Assembly (NCBI GenBank): GCA_028713155.1
Contig: JAQTPA010000004.1
Coordinates: forward strand, 8,305-72,304
Length of the DNA: 64,000 bases
Direction of reading: 5' to 3'
Source: Candidatus Omnitrophota bacterium
GTDB lineage: Bacteria; Omnitrophota; Gorgyraeia; Gygaellales; Profunditerraquicolaceae
Of the stretch, positions 47,527 to 57,950 are shown piece after piece (positions within the stretch are counted from its first letter, which is position 1; each line of letters starts with the position of its first letter). Position numbers and translations under genes: made by a program. Below the pieces are notes generated by a model that was given only the letters and a program-made list of their open reading frames with translations, was not told the DNA's origin and searched no databases.

Positions 47527-48708
47527 ATGAAAAAAGTGGTGTTAGCTTATTCGGGCGGGCTGGATACTTCCTGTATCATCAGATGGCTTAAGGGCCAGGG
47601 TTATGAAGTTATCTGTTTTATGGCGGACCTGGGGCAGGGGCTAGGCCAGGGAGAAAACCTGGAGGCAATTGAGTCGCGGGCATTTGCCGCAGGAGCGTCC
47701 AAGGTTTACATCAAAGATTTGCAGGATGAATTTGTAGAGGATTTTGTTTTGCCGGCCTTACAGGCCAATGCCATCTACGAAGGGAAGTATTTATTGGCTA
47801 CTGCTTTAGGCAGGCCGTTAATCGCCAAATACCTTGTTCAGATAGCGCACAAAGAAAAAGCCGACGCAATAGCCCACGGTTGCACCGGAAAGGGAAATGA
47901 CCAGGTGAGGATTGAAGTAGCGGCGGGCATACTTGATGCGCGTTTGAATATCATTGCTCCGGTAAGGACCTGGGAATTCCAGTCACGGGAAGAAGAAATA
48001 GAATATGCTAAAACGCACAATATCCCGATAGACGTGACTAAGAAAAAGCCTTACAGCATTGACCGGAATATCTGGGGCATCAGTATTGAAGCAGGCATAT
48101 TGGAGGATTTGACGCAGGAGCCCCCGGAAGACGCGTATATGATTACCAAAAGCCCGACTAGCCAGGCAAGTTATCCTAAGTATATGGAGGTTTATTTTCA
48201 AAAAGGCGTGCCGAAAAAGATAGACGGGAGGGTTTATAAATTAAAAACCCTGATCAGTCATTTAAATGCAATCGGGGGGCTTTATGGCGTAGGCAGGTCA
48301 GATATGGTTGAAAATAGGCTGGTCGGGATAAAATCCAGAGAGATCTACGAAGCCCCGGCAGCGACGATTTTACATACCGCGCACAAAGAATTGGAAGCGC
48401 TGGTTTTGGATAGGGAATTGAGCCACTTTAAGGATATCATCAGCCTTAAATATGCGGAGCTGGTCTATAACGGCCTCTGGTTTTCTCCGTTGAAAGAGGC
48501 TTTGGACGGCTTTGTCAAATCCACGCAAAAGCACGTAACCGGCTCGATAAAGCTAAAATTATTTAAGGGTAATTGCGTGGCGGTAGGAAGAAAATCAGCC
48601 CACTCGCTTTACAAAAAAGAGTTGAGCACTTACGGCAAAGAAGATAAATTTGACCAGAAATTAGCCGAAGGGTTTATAAAAATTTGGGGTATGCCTTATA
48701 GAAGATAG
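47527..48708 (+). CDS. argG: argininosuccinate synthase
   Basis: 'AYSGGLDTS' PP-loop and 'GCTGKGNDQVR'. Confidence 0.9.
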   Translation: MKKVVLAYSGGLDTSCIIRWLKGQGYEVICFMADLGQGLGQGENLEAIESRAFAAGASKVYIKDLQDEFVEDFVLPALQANAIYEGKYLLATALGRPLIAKYLVQIAHKEKADAIAHGCTGKGNDQVRIEVAAGILDARLNIIAPVRTWEFQSREEEIEYAKTHNIPIDVTKKKPYSIDRNIWGISIEAGILEDLTQEPPEDAYMITKSPTSQASYPKYMEVYFQKGVPKKIDGRVYKLKTLISHLNAIGGLYGVGRSDMVENRLVGIKSREIYEAPAATILHTAHKELEALVLDRELSHFKDIISLKYAELVYNGLWFSPLKEALDGFVKSTQKHVTGSIKLKLFKGNCVAVGRKSAHSLYKKELSTYGKEDKFDQKLAEGFIKIWGMPYRR

Positions 48709-48732
48709 TAGGCAGGAAAGACAGGAGAAGAA

Positions 48733-50082
48733 ATGGCAAAAAAATTATGGGGTGGAAGATTTAGTAAGAAAACTGACCCGTTGGTAGAAGAATTTACCAA
48801 GTCAATACAGTATGATTATAAATTGATGAACTTTGATATTATTGGTTCGCTGGCGCATATTAAAATTCTGTGTAAGGCCGGTTACTTATCCTCTATGGAA
48901 TCATCCAAGCTTGAAAATGCGCTGGATTCCCTTTTTAAAAAAATAAAGAAAGGTTTCAAGCCTCCTGTTAATAACGAGGATATACATACTTATATCCAAA
49001 ATGAATTGCAGAAAAAAGTGGGAGATTTAGCGCTCAAGCTGCATACCGCGCGGTCAAGAAATGATCAGGTAGTATTTGCTACAAAGTTATATTGTTACGC
49101 CGCCACAGGAACATTGCAGAAAACTGCTAATAGCCTGGTGTCTGCAATAAAGGGTTTGAGCCTAAAAAAGGAGAATAAGGATTTGATTCTTCCCGGTTTT
49201 ACCCATTTGCAACACGCTCAGCCAGTGTATCTGAGGGATTATCTGGGAGCTTATATTTCAATGTTAAAAAGGGATATATCCAGATTGGAATTTTTATCCA
49301 CTAACCTGAATATAACTTTAGGTGCCGGTGCGTTGGCAGGAACCCCCATAATGTCCTCCAAATATAACGAAAACCTGAAAAGCTATATTATGGAGGAGGA
49401 CTTAAAAGGATTGATTAAACCGGTTACAAATTCTTTGGATTCAGTAAGCGATAGAGATTTCGTGATTGAGATTATCGGTGTTTTATCTATTGTCGCTATG
49501 CATCTTTCAAGATTAGCTGAAGATTTGATTATCTGGTCCACGAAAGAATTTGATTTTGTGGAGATTGATGAGGCCTTCTGCACGGGAAGCTCACTTATGC
49601 CTCAAAAGAAGAATCCGGATGTCTTAGAGTTAATCAGGGGATATGCCGGAAGATTATACGGTAATCTTATAAGCGCTTTAACAATGATGAAAGGGCTACC
49701 TTTAACCTACAACAGGGATATGCAGTTGGATAAAGAGCCGCTGTTTAACTCCTTTGAAATAGTTTCTAGTGAGCTAAAGGTCTTGGCTGGTTTGATCAAA
49801 ACTTTGAAATTTAACAAGTCTAAAATAGAAGAGTACCTTGAAGACGAAGGCCTTTATGCTACGGATTTAGTATATTATCTTGTGGATAAAAAAATCCCCT
49901 TTAAAGAAGCGCATACTATTATCGGGAAGCTAGTAAGATATTCCATAGATAACGATATTCAGATTAAAGAGCTGCCGGAAGGCTTACTCAAGAAATTTTC
50001 CGATAAATTCGTTAAGAAAGAAATAGTTAAGCTATTTGATCCCTTAATTTCAGTGAAGTCGAAAAAGTCGATTAAGAGATAA
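48733..50082 (+). CDS. argH: argininosuccinate lyase
   Basis: 'LWGGRF' N-terminus and fumarate-lyase signature 'GSSLMPQKKNPD'. Confidence 0.9.
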   Translation: MAKKLWGGRFSKKTDPLVEEFTKSIQYDYKLMNFDIIGSLAHIKILCKAGYLSSMESSKLENALDSLFKKIKKGFKPPVNNEDIHTYIQNELQKKVGDLALKLHTARSRNDQVVFATKLYCYAATGTLQKTANSLVSAIKGLSLKKENKDLILPGFTHLQHAQPVYLRDYLGAYISMLKRDISRLEFLSTNLNITLGAGALAGTPIMSSKYNENLKSYIMEEDLKGLIKPVTNSLDSVSDRDFVIEIIGVLSIVAMHLSRLAEDLIIWSTKEFDFVEIDEAFCTGSSLMPQKKNPDVLELIRGYAGRLYGNLISALTMMKGLPLTYNRDMQLDKEPLFNSFEIVSSELKVLAGLIKTLKFNKSKIEEYLEDEGLYATDLVYYLVDKKIPFKEAHTIIGKLVRYSIDNDIQIKELPEGLLKKFSDKFVKKEIVKLFDPLISVKSKKSIKR

Positions 50083-50099
50083 GAGAAGGATAAAAACCT

Positions 50100-51356
50100 A
50101 TGCACGAATTTAAATACAGAAGCAATAATTTATATTGCGAGGATGTAAGGGTGCAGGATTTAGCCGAAAAATTCGGCACCCCGCTTTATGTTTACAGCTA
50201 TAAAACCCTGATCGGCCATTTTTTGAAGTTAAAAACCGCCTTTCGGGAAATTGACCCGCTTATCTGTTATTCGGTTAAAGCCAATTCCAACCTGGCGCTC
50301 CTTAGGGCCTTAGTGAATGAGGGGGCGGGCCTGGATATTGTTTCAGGCGGAGAATTATTCCGGGCTATAAAAGCCGGCTGTTCTTTAAAAAAGATAGTCT
50401 ATGCTTCGGTCGGCAAAACCGATTGCGAGATAGAAGAAGCAATAAAATTAGGCATCCTGTTTTTTAATGTGGAGTCATTTTCGGAATTAAAAAATGTCCA
50501 GCATATTGCCCGCCGCCTCTCCCGGCGGGTGAACGTGGCTTTACGTATTAACCCGGATGTTGAGCCAAAAACGCATAAATATATCACTACCGGCAAACTG
50601 ACTAATAAATTCGGCATAGATTTTAAGACCGCTAAAAAGATAATCTTACTGGCCCGGGGTTTTTCGCATGTAAGGATCGCCGGGCTGCACATCCATATCG
50701 GTTCCCAGATAACCGTTCCCGAACCTTTCGCGGCAGCAATAGCAAAAGTGCTAAGATTTATCGTCGAATTAAGAAAAGAAGGGATAGGCTTAGAGTATTT
50801 AAATATCGGGGGAGGCCTGGGGATTATTTACGATAAAGAAATACCGCAGACCGCAGCCAAATTTGCGGGCAGGGTTTTGCCTTCATTGAAAAAATCCGGG
50901 CTTAAAATTATTATGGAGCCAGGGAGGTTTATTGCCGGGAACGCCGGGATATTAGTGGCTAAAGCCCTTTATGTTAAATACACGCCGAAGAAAAAATTTA
51001 TTATCGTAGATGCCGGGATGAACGATTTAATCCGGCCGGCATTATATGGAGCGTACCATCAGGTAGTGTCGTTAAAACGTAAAAGCAGAATGGAAAGGGC
51101 CGATGTGGTCGGCCCGATATGCGAATCCGGGGATTTCTTCGCTAAAGACAGGCTTTTGCCTAAAGTTGAAGAAGGGGATTATCTGGCAGCGCTGGGAGCT
51201 GGGGCATACGGTTTTAGTATGGCGAGTAATTACAATTCCCGGAGGAGGCCGCAGGAGGTTATGGTGGTTAAAAACAAAGTATTCGTAATCCGCCAAAGGG
51301 AGACGTATGGGGATTTGGTGCGTAATGAATCCATCCCCGGGTTCCTTTTAAAATAG
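50100..51356 (+). CDS. lysA: diaminopimelate decarboxylase
   Basis: 'YSVKAN' PLP-Lys motif, 'HIHIGSQ', and 'GESGD' in 'PICESGDFF'. Confidence 0.85.
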   Translation: MHEFKYRSNNLYCEDVRVQDLAEKFGTPLYVYSYKTLIGHFLKLKTAFREIDPLICYSVKANSNLALLRALVNEGAGLDIVSGGELFRAIKAGCSLKKIVYASVGKTDCEIEEAIKLGILFFNVESFSELKNVQHIARRLSRRVNVALRINPDVEPKTHKYITTGKLTNKFGIDFKTAKKIILLARGFSHVRIAGLHIHIGSQITVPEPFAAAIAKVLRFIVELRKEGIGLEYLNIGGGLGIIYDKEIPQTAAKFAGRVLPSLKKSGLKIIMEPGRFIAGNAGILVAKALYVKYTPKKKFIIVDAGMNDLIRPALYGAYHQVVSLKRKSRMERADVVGPICESGDFFAKDRLLPKVEEGDYLAALGAGAYGFSMASNYNSRRRPQEVMVVKNKVFVIRQRETYGDLVRNESIPGFLLK

Positions 51357-51361
51357 TCCAT

Positions 51362-52180
51362 ATGCATAAAATAAAATTTACTAAAATGGTTGCTTCCGGT
51401 AACGATTTCGTCGTTATCGAAGCTAAAAGCGTCAAGCCCCTTCCTGTCCGGCAGGCAGGAAAATCCGGAAGTTTAAGCGGTCTGGCCAGGATCCTCTGTG
51501 ACCGGAAATACGGAATAGGCGCGGATGGCTTACTGGTTTTGGAAAAAGCGCTTCCTGGCGGTGTAAAAATGCGCATCTTTAACAGCGATGGCTCAGAAGC
51601 CGAGATGTGCGGTAATGGCAGCCGCTGCGCTAGCCTTTGGATGGGCTTAAAGACGTTAAATCTTAAGACCCGGGCCGGGGCCGTTGAATCAATCGTCAAA
51701 AAAGACCAGGTCAAAATAAAACTTACTAATCCTAAAGGTTTAAGGCTGGATATCCCTCTTAAGATAAATAACCGCGGCATTAAGGTAAATTTTATTAATA
51801 CCGGAGTCCCGCATGCGGTAATATTTGTTTCCGGAGTAGATAAAATTAACGTGCAAGGCATTGGCAGATCCATCCGTTACCATAATAAATTTTCTCCGGC
51901 AGGGGCAAATGTGGATTTTATTGAGGTTTTAGGCAAAGATGCGCTAAGGATCCGTACTTATGAAAGGGGAGTTGAAGATGAGACGCTTGCCTGCGGCACC
52001 GGAAGTGTCGCTGCGGCGCTGATTTTTGCTTTGAAGGCGGATGTTTCGAATAAAGTATATGTGCATACAAGAAGCGGCGAAATTTTAAAAATTTATTTTA
52101 AGAAGGATAATTCCCGGTTTACGGATGTCTGGCTTGAGGGTAAAGCGCGGGCAGTTTACAAAGGAGAATATTATGTTTAA
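51362..52180 (+). CDS. dapF: diaminopimelate epimerase
   Basis: 'FTKMVASGNDFVV' and the catalytic Cys pair 'MCGNGSRC' / 'ACGTGS'. Confidence 0.85.
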   Translation: MHKIKFTKMVASGNDFVVIEAKSVKPLPVRQAGKSGSLSGLARILCDRKYGIGADGLLVLEKALPGGVKMRIFNSDGSEAEMCGNGSRCASLWMGLKTLNLKTRAGAVESIVKKDQVKIKLTNPKGLRLDIPLKINNRGIKVNFINTGVPHAVIFVSGVDKINVQGIGRSIRYHNKFSPAGANVDFIEVLGKDALRIRTYERGVEDETLACGTGSVAAALIFALKADVSNKVYVHTRSGEILKIYFKKDNSRFTDVWLEGKARAVYKGEYYV

Positions 52181-53063
52181 AGGCTCAATTGTAGCCATTG
52201 TCACGCCATTTTCCGTTGAAGGCGCAAAATCAACGGTTGATGAAAAAAAACTTAGAGAGTTAATTGAATTTCAGATTAAAAACGGCACTGCGGGTATCGT
52301 ACCCTGCGGCACAACCGGAGAATCGGCGACCCTGTCTTTTGAAGAACACGAGCAGGTAATTGAAGTTACTATTGCCCAGGTTAGAAAAAGAGTGCCGGTA
52401 ATCGCCGGGACAGGTTCGAACTCAACCGCAGAAGCCATACTGCTGACTAAGCATGCCGCCAGTGCCGGTTCAGACGCTTCGCTGCAGGTTTCTCCTTATT
52501 ATAACCGTCCGACTCAAAAAGGGCTCTACGAACATTTTAAGGCCGTAGCGGATTCGGTAGATATTCCGATCATCCTTTATAATATCGCTTCGCGCACCGG
52601 AGTAAATATTGAGCCTGAGACAATCGCCAGATTAGCCGCTGATTGTAAAAATATCGCCGGGGTAAAAGAAGCTTCGGGTAATTTAGAGCAGATGTCGCGC
52701 ATAAAGGCGCTTTGCCCGCCGAATTTTGAGTTGATTTCTGGTGATGATGGCCTGACTCTTCCCGTATTAAGCCTCGGCGGGATAGGGATAATCTCCGTAG
52801 TGGCCAATATTGCGCCGCGGGATGTAGCTGATTTAGTCAGCGAGTTTGAAAAAGGGAACATTAAAAAAGCCCGGGAGCTGCATTATAAATTATTGCCCTT
52901 GGTTAAAGCTATGTTTGTTGAGACTAACCCTATTCCCGTAAAAACAGCGCTGGGGTTATTGGGCATGTGCGAGCCGGCCTTGCGTTTACCGATGTGTGCG
53001 CTCTCTTCGGATAACCTGGAAAAACTTAAAAAAGCCCTGCGGGACTATAATCTTTTAAAATAA
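52173..53063 (+). CDS. dapA: 4-hydroxy-tetrahydrodipicolinate synthase
   Basis: Start at ATG 52173. 'GSIVAIVTPF', 'GTTGES' and 'LYNIASRTG'. Confidence 0.85.
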   Translation: MFKGSIVAIVTPFSVEGAKSTVDEKKLRELIEFQIKNGTAGIVPCGTTGESATLSFEEHEQVIEVTIAQVRKRVPVIAGTGSNSTAEAILLTKHAASAGSDASLQVSPYYNRPTQKGLYEHFKAVADSVDIPIILYNIASRTGVNIEPETIARLAADCKNIAGVKEASGNLEQMSRIKALCPPNFELISGDDGLTLPVLSLGGIGIISVVANIAPRDVADLVSEFEKGNIKKARELHYKLLPLVKAMFVETNPIPVKTALGLLGMCEPALRLPMCALSSDNLEKLKKALRDYNLLK

Positions 53064-53070
53064 ACCTAAA

Positions 53071-55638
53071 ATGAACAATAAGAGAGTTTTTTTATTTGCT
53101 CTAATCGCTGTCTCCCTTGGCCTAAACATATATTTTCGGCTGAATACCCTATTTTTATGGTCTCTGGATAAAAAGGCAAAAAAAGAAGTTCATGTCGCTA
53201 TTGTCGATAAATTGTACAAAGAGATTAATCTGGTGTATTCCGGGCTCGGCGAGGCAGATAAGGTGGAATTGTTGGAGAGCGCGTTTAAGCTGTATTTAAA
53301 AGAAAATAAGGCCGAAGTCAAGAAAGCTATCTTTGAAAAAAGCCAGGGGTTAAAAGCCTATTACCGGGATAAGGACGGCTGGACATATATGCAGGAGGTC
53401 GATCCCTATCGTTGGTATAGGAGGGTAGACAATTTTTTAAAGAACGGAAATTTTGGCACAGTACGTATTAATAACCAGGATTACGATACCCTTATGCTTG
53501 CTCCTTTTGGGGCGAAGATCGAACCCCTAAAGCTGCATTTCTACATAGGCGCATATTTTTATAGATTCGTGCATTTTATAAATAATAAATTATCCCTTAT
53601 GTCCGCGCTTAGTTTTCTCCCCGTATTTCTTTCGGTTTTCCTGGTAATAGCCGTATTCTCTATTGCGCTTATGCTGGGCGTATCCCATGCGGGGAGTTTT
53701 GTCGCCAGCTTAGCCGTAGGCTTATCCCCCGTGATATTGATGCGTTCAAGCTTCGGATGGTTCGATACGGATATCTATAATATATTTTTGCCGTTATTTA
53801 TCGCTTATCTGGCTGCGTATTCTTTTAAAGTAAAAGGCCTAAAGCATATTCTTTTTTTATTTTTAGCGGGATTAACAACCGGTGTATATTCGGCGATATG
53901 GTCTATCTGGTGGTTTATTTTTTATATTATAGCCGCCGGCTTATTCCTGCATGAACTTTGTATGGTAAGTTATGACCCGCGCAGCAGTAAGAAGGCCAAG
54001 ATAAAAGATGCCTTTTTATCTTTAGCATTATTTATTCTATCCACCTACCTATGGGTAGGGGTTATTTCGGGCCCTGAGGCAATAGCCGGGTCTTTTTCAG
54101 GGCCGTTTTCAATTTTGTCGACGCGGCAAAATTTGGCAATAGCTAATTTCTGGCCCAACATGGCATTTTCTATACAGGAATTAAACAGCTCCGGAGTCGC
54201 TTATATAAGAGGAGGGTTGGGAGGAGGCCTTATTTTATGCGGCGGGCTGCTGGGGATCTTAGTGTTGATTATTAAAAAAAGAGTCTTGGTTAATTTTTCA
54301 GAAAAAAGTTTTTTGTTATTCGTTTTAACCGTATGGTTGTTGGTAATGCTTATTCTAACCTCCCTCTCTAAAAGATTTATTATATTCCTGGCCGTGCCGA
54401 TAGGTATTTTCTTCGGAGCATTTTTAGATACCCTCAGGGATTTTATGTATAGGCAAAAAGACAAGATTATTTTCTTACGTAAGATTAATGAGAAAGCCTA
54501 TATCACCCTGTTAAGCGGCATATTCTTGGCAGGCGCTATATTACCCATACGCGCCGCATCCAGAGAGGTATTCTTGCCTATCTTAAATAATACGTGGCAG
54601 CATATGCTGATAAAGATAAAGAATGTAACTCCGCCGGATGCAGTTATCAGCGCTTACTGGGATCCCGGGGATTTTATTATGAGCGTCTCCGGGCGCGCGA
54701 CCCTGCACTGCCCCCAATATAATTTTACGCCGGTGGCCTACTGGACCGCGAGATTATTTATGTCGGACAATGAAAAAGAAGCGTTGGGGATATTGCGGAT
54801 GTTAAACGCCGGCAATACTCAGGGATTTGAAGAGCTATTAAAACTTACCGGCGGGGAAAAATTAGCGGCGTTTGAATTAATCAATAAGATGCTGCTCTGC
54901 GATAAATATGGAGGCCGTTCCTTATTAAGCAGGTATACGGACGATAAAAAGCTTATAGATAAGATCCTTGGCCTTATCTATGAGCCTAAGCATCCTGCTT
55001 ACTTGCTGGTGGATGGGGGCCTGTTGAACATGGTTGAGGTTTTTTGTACTCTAGCAAATTGGGATTTCAAAAAATTGGATTTATGGCAGAATATGGAGAC
55101 GGCGGATAAAGTTAAATTTACAACTTATGCCGGAAAAAAGTTTGGTTATTCTAAGGCCCAGGCCGAGTCCCTTTACCAAACAATGTGGCTGACCAGCAGG
55201 AAAAGGCCGCTAGATTGGATCTCAAGCGAAAGGTACCGGCTGTATAGCAGCGGGTTGGCGCAGAGATCCGGCGCTAAAGACGAAAAGATCATACGCTTCA
55301 ATAACGGCTTATTAGTGGATAAAGACAATTCCAGTTTTTTTTACAGGCAGGATATGCCTCAGAAATGGATAATCCCTGGAGAAATAGTTCTTGTTACCAA
55401 GGACAGGATAAAAGAAAAGGCGCTTAAAGGAGACAGCGAATATTCGCTTTTATTTTTAGAGAGCAAGGATACCTACGAAGCAATTTTAATGGATAAGCGA
55501 TTAGCGCGCAGTATGCTGATTAAGTTATATTTTATGAAAGGCAAAGGGTTAAAGTATTTTCAGCTCATCGAGCAGGAAGAGAATAAAGAAACGGGCTTGC
55601 GTATATATTTATATAAGATTAACTGGAGCGCTAAGTAA
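53071..55638 (+). CDS. STT3/AglB/PglB-like oligosaccharyltransferase homologue (GT-C) with degenerate WWDYG motif
   Basis: 855 aa with a TM-rich N-terminal half and a ~350-aa soluble C-terminal domain. After the last TM comes 'SAYWDPGDFIMSVSGRATLHCPQYNFTPVAYWTARLFMSDNEKEALGIL', which parallels the eukaryotic STT3 block '[47 protein letters not shown]'. Confidence 0.45.
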   Translation: MNNKRVFLFALIAVSLGLNIYFRLNTLFLWSLDKKAKKEVHVAIVDKLYKEINLVYSGLGEADKVELLESAFKLYLKENKAEVKKAIFEKSQGLKAYYRDKDGWTYMQEVDPYRWYRRVDNFLKNGNFGTVRINNQDYDTLMLAPFGAKIEPLKLHFYIGAYFYRFVHFINNKLSLMSALSFLPVFLSVFLVIAVFSIALMLGVSHAGSFVASLAVGLSPVILMRSSFGWFDTDIYNIFLPLFIAYLAAYSFKVKGLKHILFLFLAGLTTGVYSAIWSIWWFIFYIIAAGLFLHELCMVSYDPRSSKKAKIKDAFLSLALFILSTYLWVGVISGPEAIAGSFSGPFSILSTRQNLAIANFWPNMAFSIQELNSSGVAYIRGGLGGGLILCGGLLGILVLIIKKRVLVNFSEKSFLLFVLTVWLLVMLILTSLSKRFIIFLAVPIGIFFGAFLDTLRDFMYRQKDKIIFLRKINEKAYITLLSGIFLAGAILPIRAASREVFLPILNNTWQHMLIKIKNVTPPDAVISAYWDPGDFIMSVSGRATLHCPQYNFTPVAYWTARLFMSDNEKEALGILRMLNAGNTQGFEELLKLTGGEKLAAFELINKMLLCDKYGGRSLLSRYTDDKKLIDKILGLIYEPKHPAYLLVDGGLLNMVEVFCTLANWDFKKLDLWQNMETADKVKFTTYAGKKFGYSKAQAESLYQTMWLTSRKRPLDWISSERYRLYSSGLAQRSGAKDEKIIRFNNGLLVDKDNSSFFYRQDMPQKWIIPGEIVLVTKDRIKEKALKGDSEYSLLFLESKDTYEAILMDKRLARSMLIKLYFMKGKGLKYFQLIEQEENKETGLRIYLYKINWSAK

Positions 55639-55651
55639 GGAGAGAGCGGCA

Positions 55652-56362
55652 ATGATAAAATTAGGAGTTGCTGGTGTTTGCGGGAAAATGGGCAGGCGTA
55701 TTTTTGAATTAGCGTCACGCGACCCGGATTTTGAACTGGCTCTGGCCCTGGAAAAAAGAGGGACTCCGGCCATCGGCAGGGATATCGGAAAGTTGAAAAT
55801 ATCTTCTAATACCGACGGCTTGTTCCTTATTGATGTGCTGGTGGATTTTACTGTCCCTGAGGCAGCCGAAGTAAGCCTGGATTATGCGGCTAAATATAAA
55901 AAAGCGCTTATCCTGGGGACAACGGGCCTGAGCGATACTCAAGTTAAGAAAGTTGAAGAAATCAGCCGCGTCGTGCCGGTGGTGTTTACCCCGAATATGG
56001 CTATCGGCGTAAATGTATTATTTGGGATTTTGCCGCAGATCGCCAAAAAACTAGGGCCGGATTATAGTATGGAGATCGTAGAAGCGCATCATAAAACTAA
56101 AAAAGACGCTCCTTCCGGCACAGCAAAAAAACTGACGGAAATTTTAGGTGAAGAAACCGGAAAACAGATACCCGTGCATTCTATCCGCCTAGGAGATATT
56201 GTAGGAGACCATACGGTTATATTTTGCGGTAATTCCGAACGCATTGAAATAAAACACCAGGCGCATTCGCGCGATCTATTTGCTTTGGGGGCTTTAAAAG
56301 CGGCAAAGTGGATCTTCGGCAAGCCCGCCGGGTTATATTCAATGCAGGACGTATTAAAATAG
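55652..56362 (+). CDS. dapB: 4-hydroxy-tetrahydrodipicolinate reductase
   Basis: 'KLGVAGVCGKMGRRI' and 'EIVEAHHKTKKDAPSGTA'. Confidence 0.85.
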   Translation: MIKLGVAGVCGKMGRRIFELASRDPDFELALALEKRGTPAIGRDIGKLKISSNTDGLFLIDVLVDFTVPEAAEVSLDYAAKYKKALILGTTGLSDTQVKKVEEISRVVPVVFTPNMAIGVNVLFGILPQIAKKLGPDYSMEIVEAHHKTKKDAPSGTAKKLTEILGEETGKQIPVHSIRLGDIVGDHTVIFCGNSERIEIKHQAHSRDLFALGALKAAKWIFGKPAGLYSMQDVLK

Positions 56363-56371
56363 AGGGAGAAT

Positions 56372-57529
56372 ATGTTTAAGCTATCTAAAAAAATACAAGA
56401 CCTTCCGCCGTACTTATTTCTGGAAATTGATAAGGCAAAAAGAAAAGCAGCTGCTGCCGGCCGGGACATTATTGATTTGGGAATAGGCGATCCTGACCAA
56501 CCGACGCCCAGGCATATAATTGAAGCGTTATATCAGGCATCGCTTGACCCGGCTAACCATCGTTACGCCCTGGATCAAGGTATGCCGGCCTTACGCCGTT
56601 CAATCGCTGTCTGGTATAAGGAAAGGTTTGGCGTAAGCCTGAACCCTGGTTCGGAAGTCTTGCCGTTAATCGGCTCCAAAGAAGGCCTGGCGCATTTTCC
56701 GCTGGCTTTTTTAAACCCGGGCGATTATTCCCTGGTTCCCGACCCCTGTTATCCTCCTTATAAAGGCGGGACTATTTTAGCCGGGGCAAAACCCTATTCT
56801 TTGCCGCTTTTGGAAGAAAATGCCTTTCTGCCTGACCTTAAAAAAATACCTTTATCCGTGCGTAAAAAAGCAAAAATCATTTTTGTTAATTATCCCAATA
56901 ATCCCACATCGGCGACCGCCGAAAAGGCTTTTTATAAAGAGCTGATTGAATTCGCCCGTAAAAATAAAATTATTATTGTTTCGGACCTGGCTTATTCGGA
57001 GATGAGCTATGACGGATACCGGCCTGCAAGTATTTTAGAACTCGAGGGCGCGCGGGAAGTCGCCATAGAATTCCATTCGTTATCCAAAACATACAATATG
57101 ACCGGCTGGCGCATCGGCTGGGCCTGCGGAAATGAAAAGTTAACCGCAGTTTTAGCTAAAGTCAAATCCAATATTGATTCGGGTATTTTTTCAGCGGTGC
57201 AATTAGCCGGTATTGTCGCGCTGTCCGGGCCGCAGGAATACGTTAAAAGTATGTGCAGCCTTTACCAGGAGCGCCGCGATTGTTTGATGGAAGGCTTAGG
57301 GGCATTAGGTTGGCAGGCGCATAGGCCTAAGGCAACTTTTTATGTCTGGATAAAAGTTCCTAGAGGGAAAAGTTCCTTAAAATTTTCCGAGCTTCTATTA
57401 GACAGAGCGAATATCGTGGTTACTCCCGGAGTCGGATTCGGCAAATACGGCGAAGGCTATATCCGTATGGCGCTTACCGTCGGAAAAGAGCGCATAAAAG
57501 AAGCGCTTGAGCGGCTAAGGAAGATTTAG
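56372..57529 (+). CDS. dapL: LL-diaminopimelate aminotransferase (class I aminotransferase)
   Basis: 'LPPYLFLEIDKAKR...DIIDLGIGDPDQPTP' DapL-type N-terminus, 'NYPNNPTS' and 'FHSLSKTYNMTGWRIG'. Lies in a dap context. Confidence 0.7.
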   Translation: MFKLSKKIQDLPPYLFLEIDKAKRKAAAAGRDIIDLGIGDPDQPTPRHIIEALYQASLDPANHRYALDQGMPALRRSIAVWYKERFGVSLNPGSEVLPLIGSKEGLAHFPLAFLNPGDYSLVPDPCYPPYKGGTILAGAKPYSLPLLEENAFLPDLKKIPLSVRKKAKIIFVNYPNNPTSATAEKAFYKELIEFARKNKIIIVSDLAYSEMSYDGYRPASILELEGAREVAIEFHSLSKTYNMTGWRIGWACGNEKLTAVLAKVKSNIDSGIFSAVQLAGIVALSGPQEYVKSMCSLYQERRDCLMEGLGALGWQAHRPKATFYVWIKVPRGKSSLKFSELLLDRANIVVTPGVGFGKYGEGYIRMALTVGKERIKEALERLRKI

Positions 57530-57548
57530 TTTTAACGAATTGGTATTT

Positions 57549-57950
57549 ATGGAAATATGCTATCTAGGCGTAGGTTCGAACTTAGGTAATAGGAGGCTGA
57601 GCATAAAACAAGCTGTCAGCAGGATAAACCTTTTGGAAAATACCAGGGTACTGAAGAAGTCCGCATTTATCCAGACCGCTCCTGTCGGAGGTCCGGCTGG
57701 CCAACCGAAGTTCCTGAACGCTGCTTTAAAAATTAGAACAGGGTTTGCGCCTCTAAGACTTCTTAAAGAATTAAAGATCATTGAAAAAGGGCTGGGCCGG
57801 ACAAAAGGCGTGCGTAACGCTCCCCGGACAATCGACCTGGATATTCTGCTTTATGGGGATAGAGTAGTCAGGACTGAAAAACTGGTTATTCCACATCCGC
57901 GCATGTTCGTCCGGGATTTTGTAATCAAACCTTTGTCAGAAATTATATGA
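57549..57950 (+). CDS. folK: 2-amino-4-hydroxy-6-hydroxymethyldihydropteridine pyrophosphokinase
   Basis: 'YLGVGSNLGNR' and 'RTIDLDILLYGD' HPPK motifs. Start placed at ATG 57549. Confidence 0.8.
   Translation: MEICYLGVGSNLGNRRLSIKQAVSRINLLENTRVLKKSAFIQTAPVGGPAGQPKFLNAALKIRTGFAPLRLLKELKIIEKGLGRTKGVRNAPRTIDLDILLYGDRVVRTEKLVIPHPRMFVRDFVIKPLSEII

Noticed and set aside
53056-53070. TAAAAT followed by 9 nt and the ATG of the STT3-like gene (same spacing as the leaderless promoters).
   Set aside because: There is no acceptable -35 or TG extension, and the hexamer overlaps the dapA stop in AT-rich sequence. It is too weak to call.
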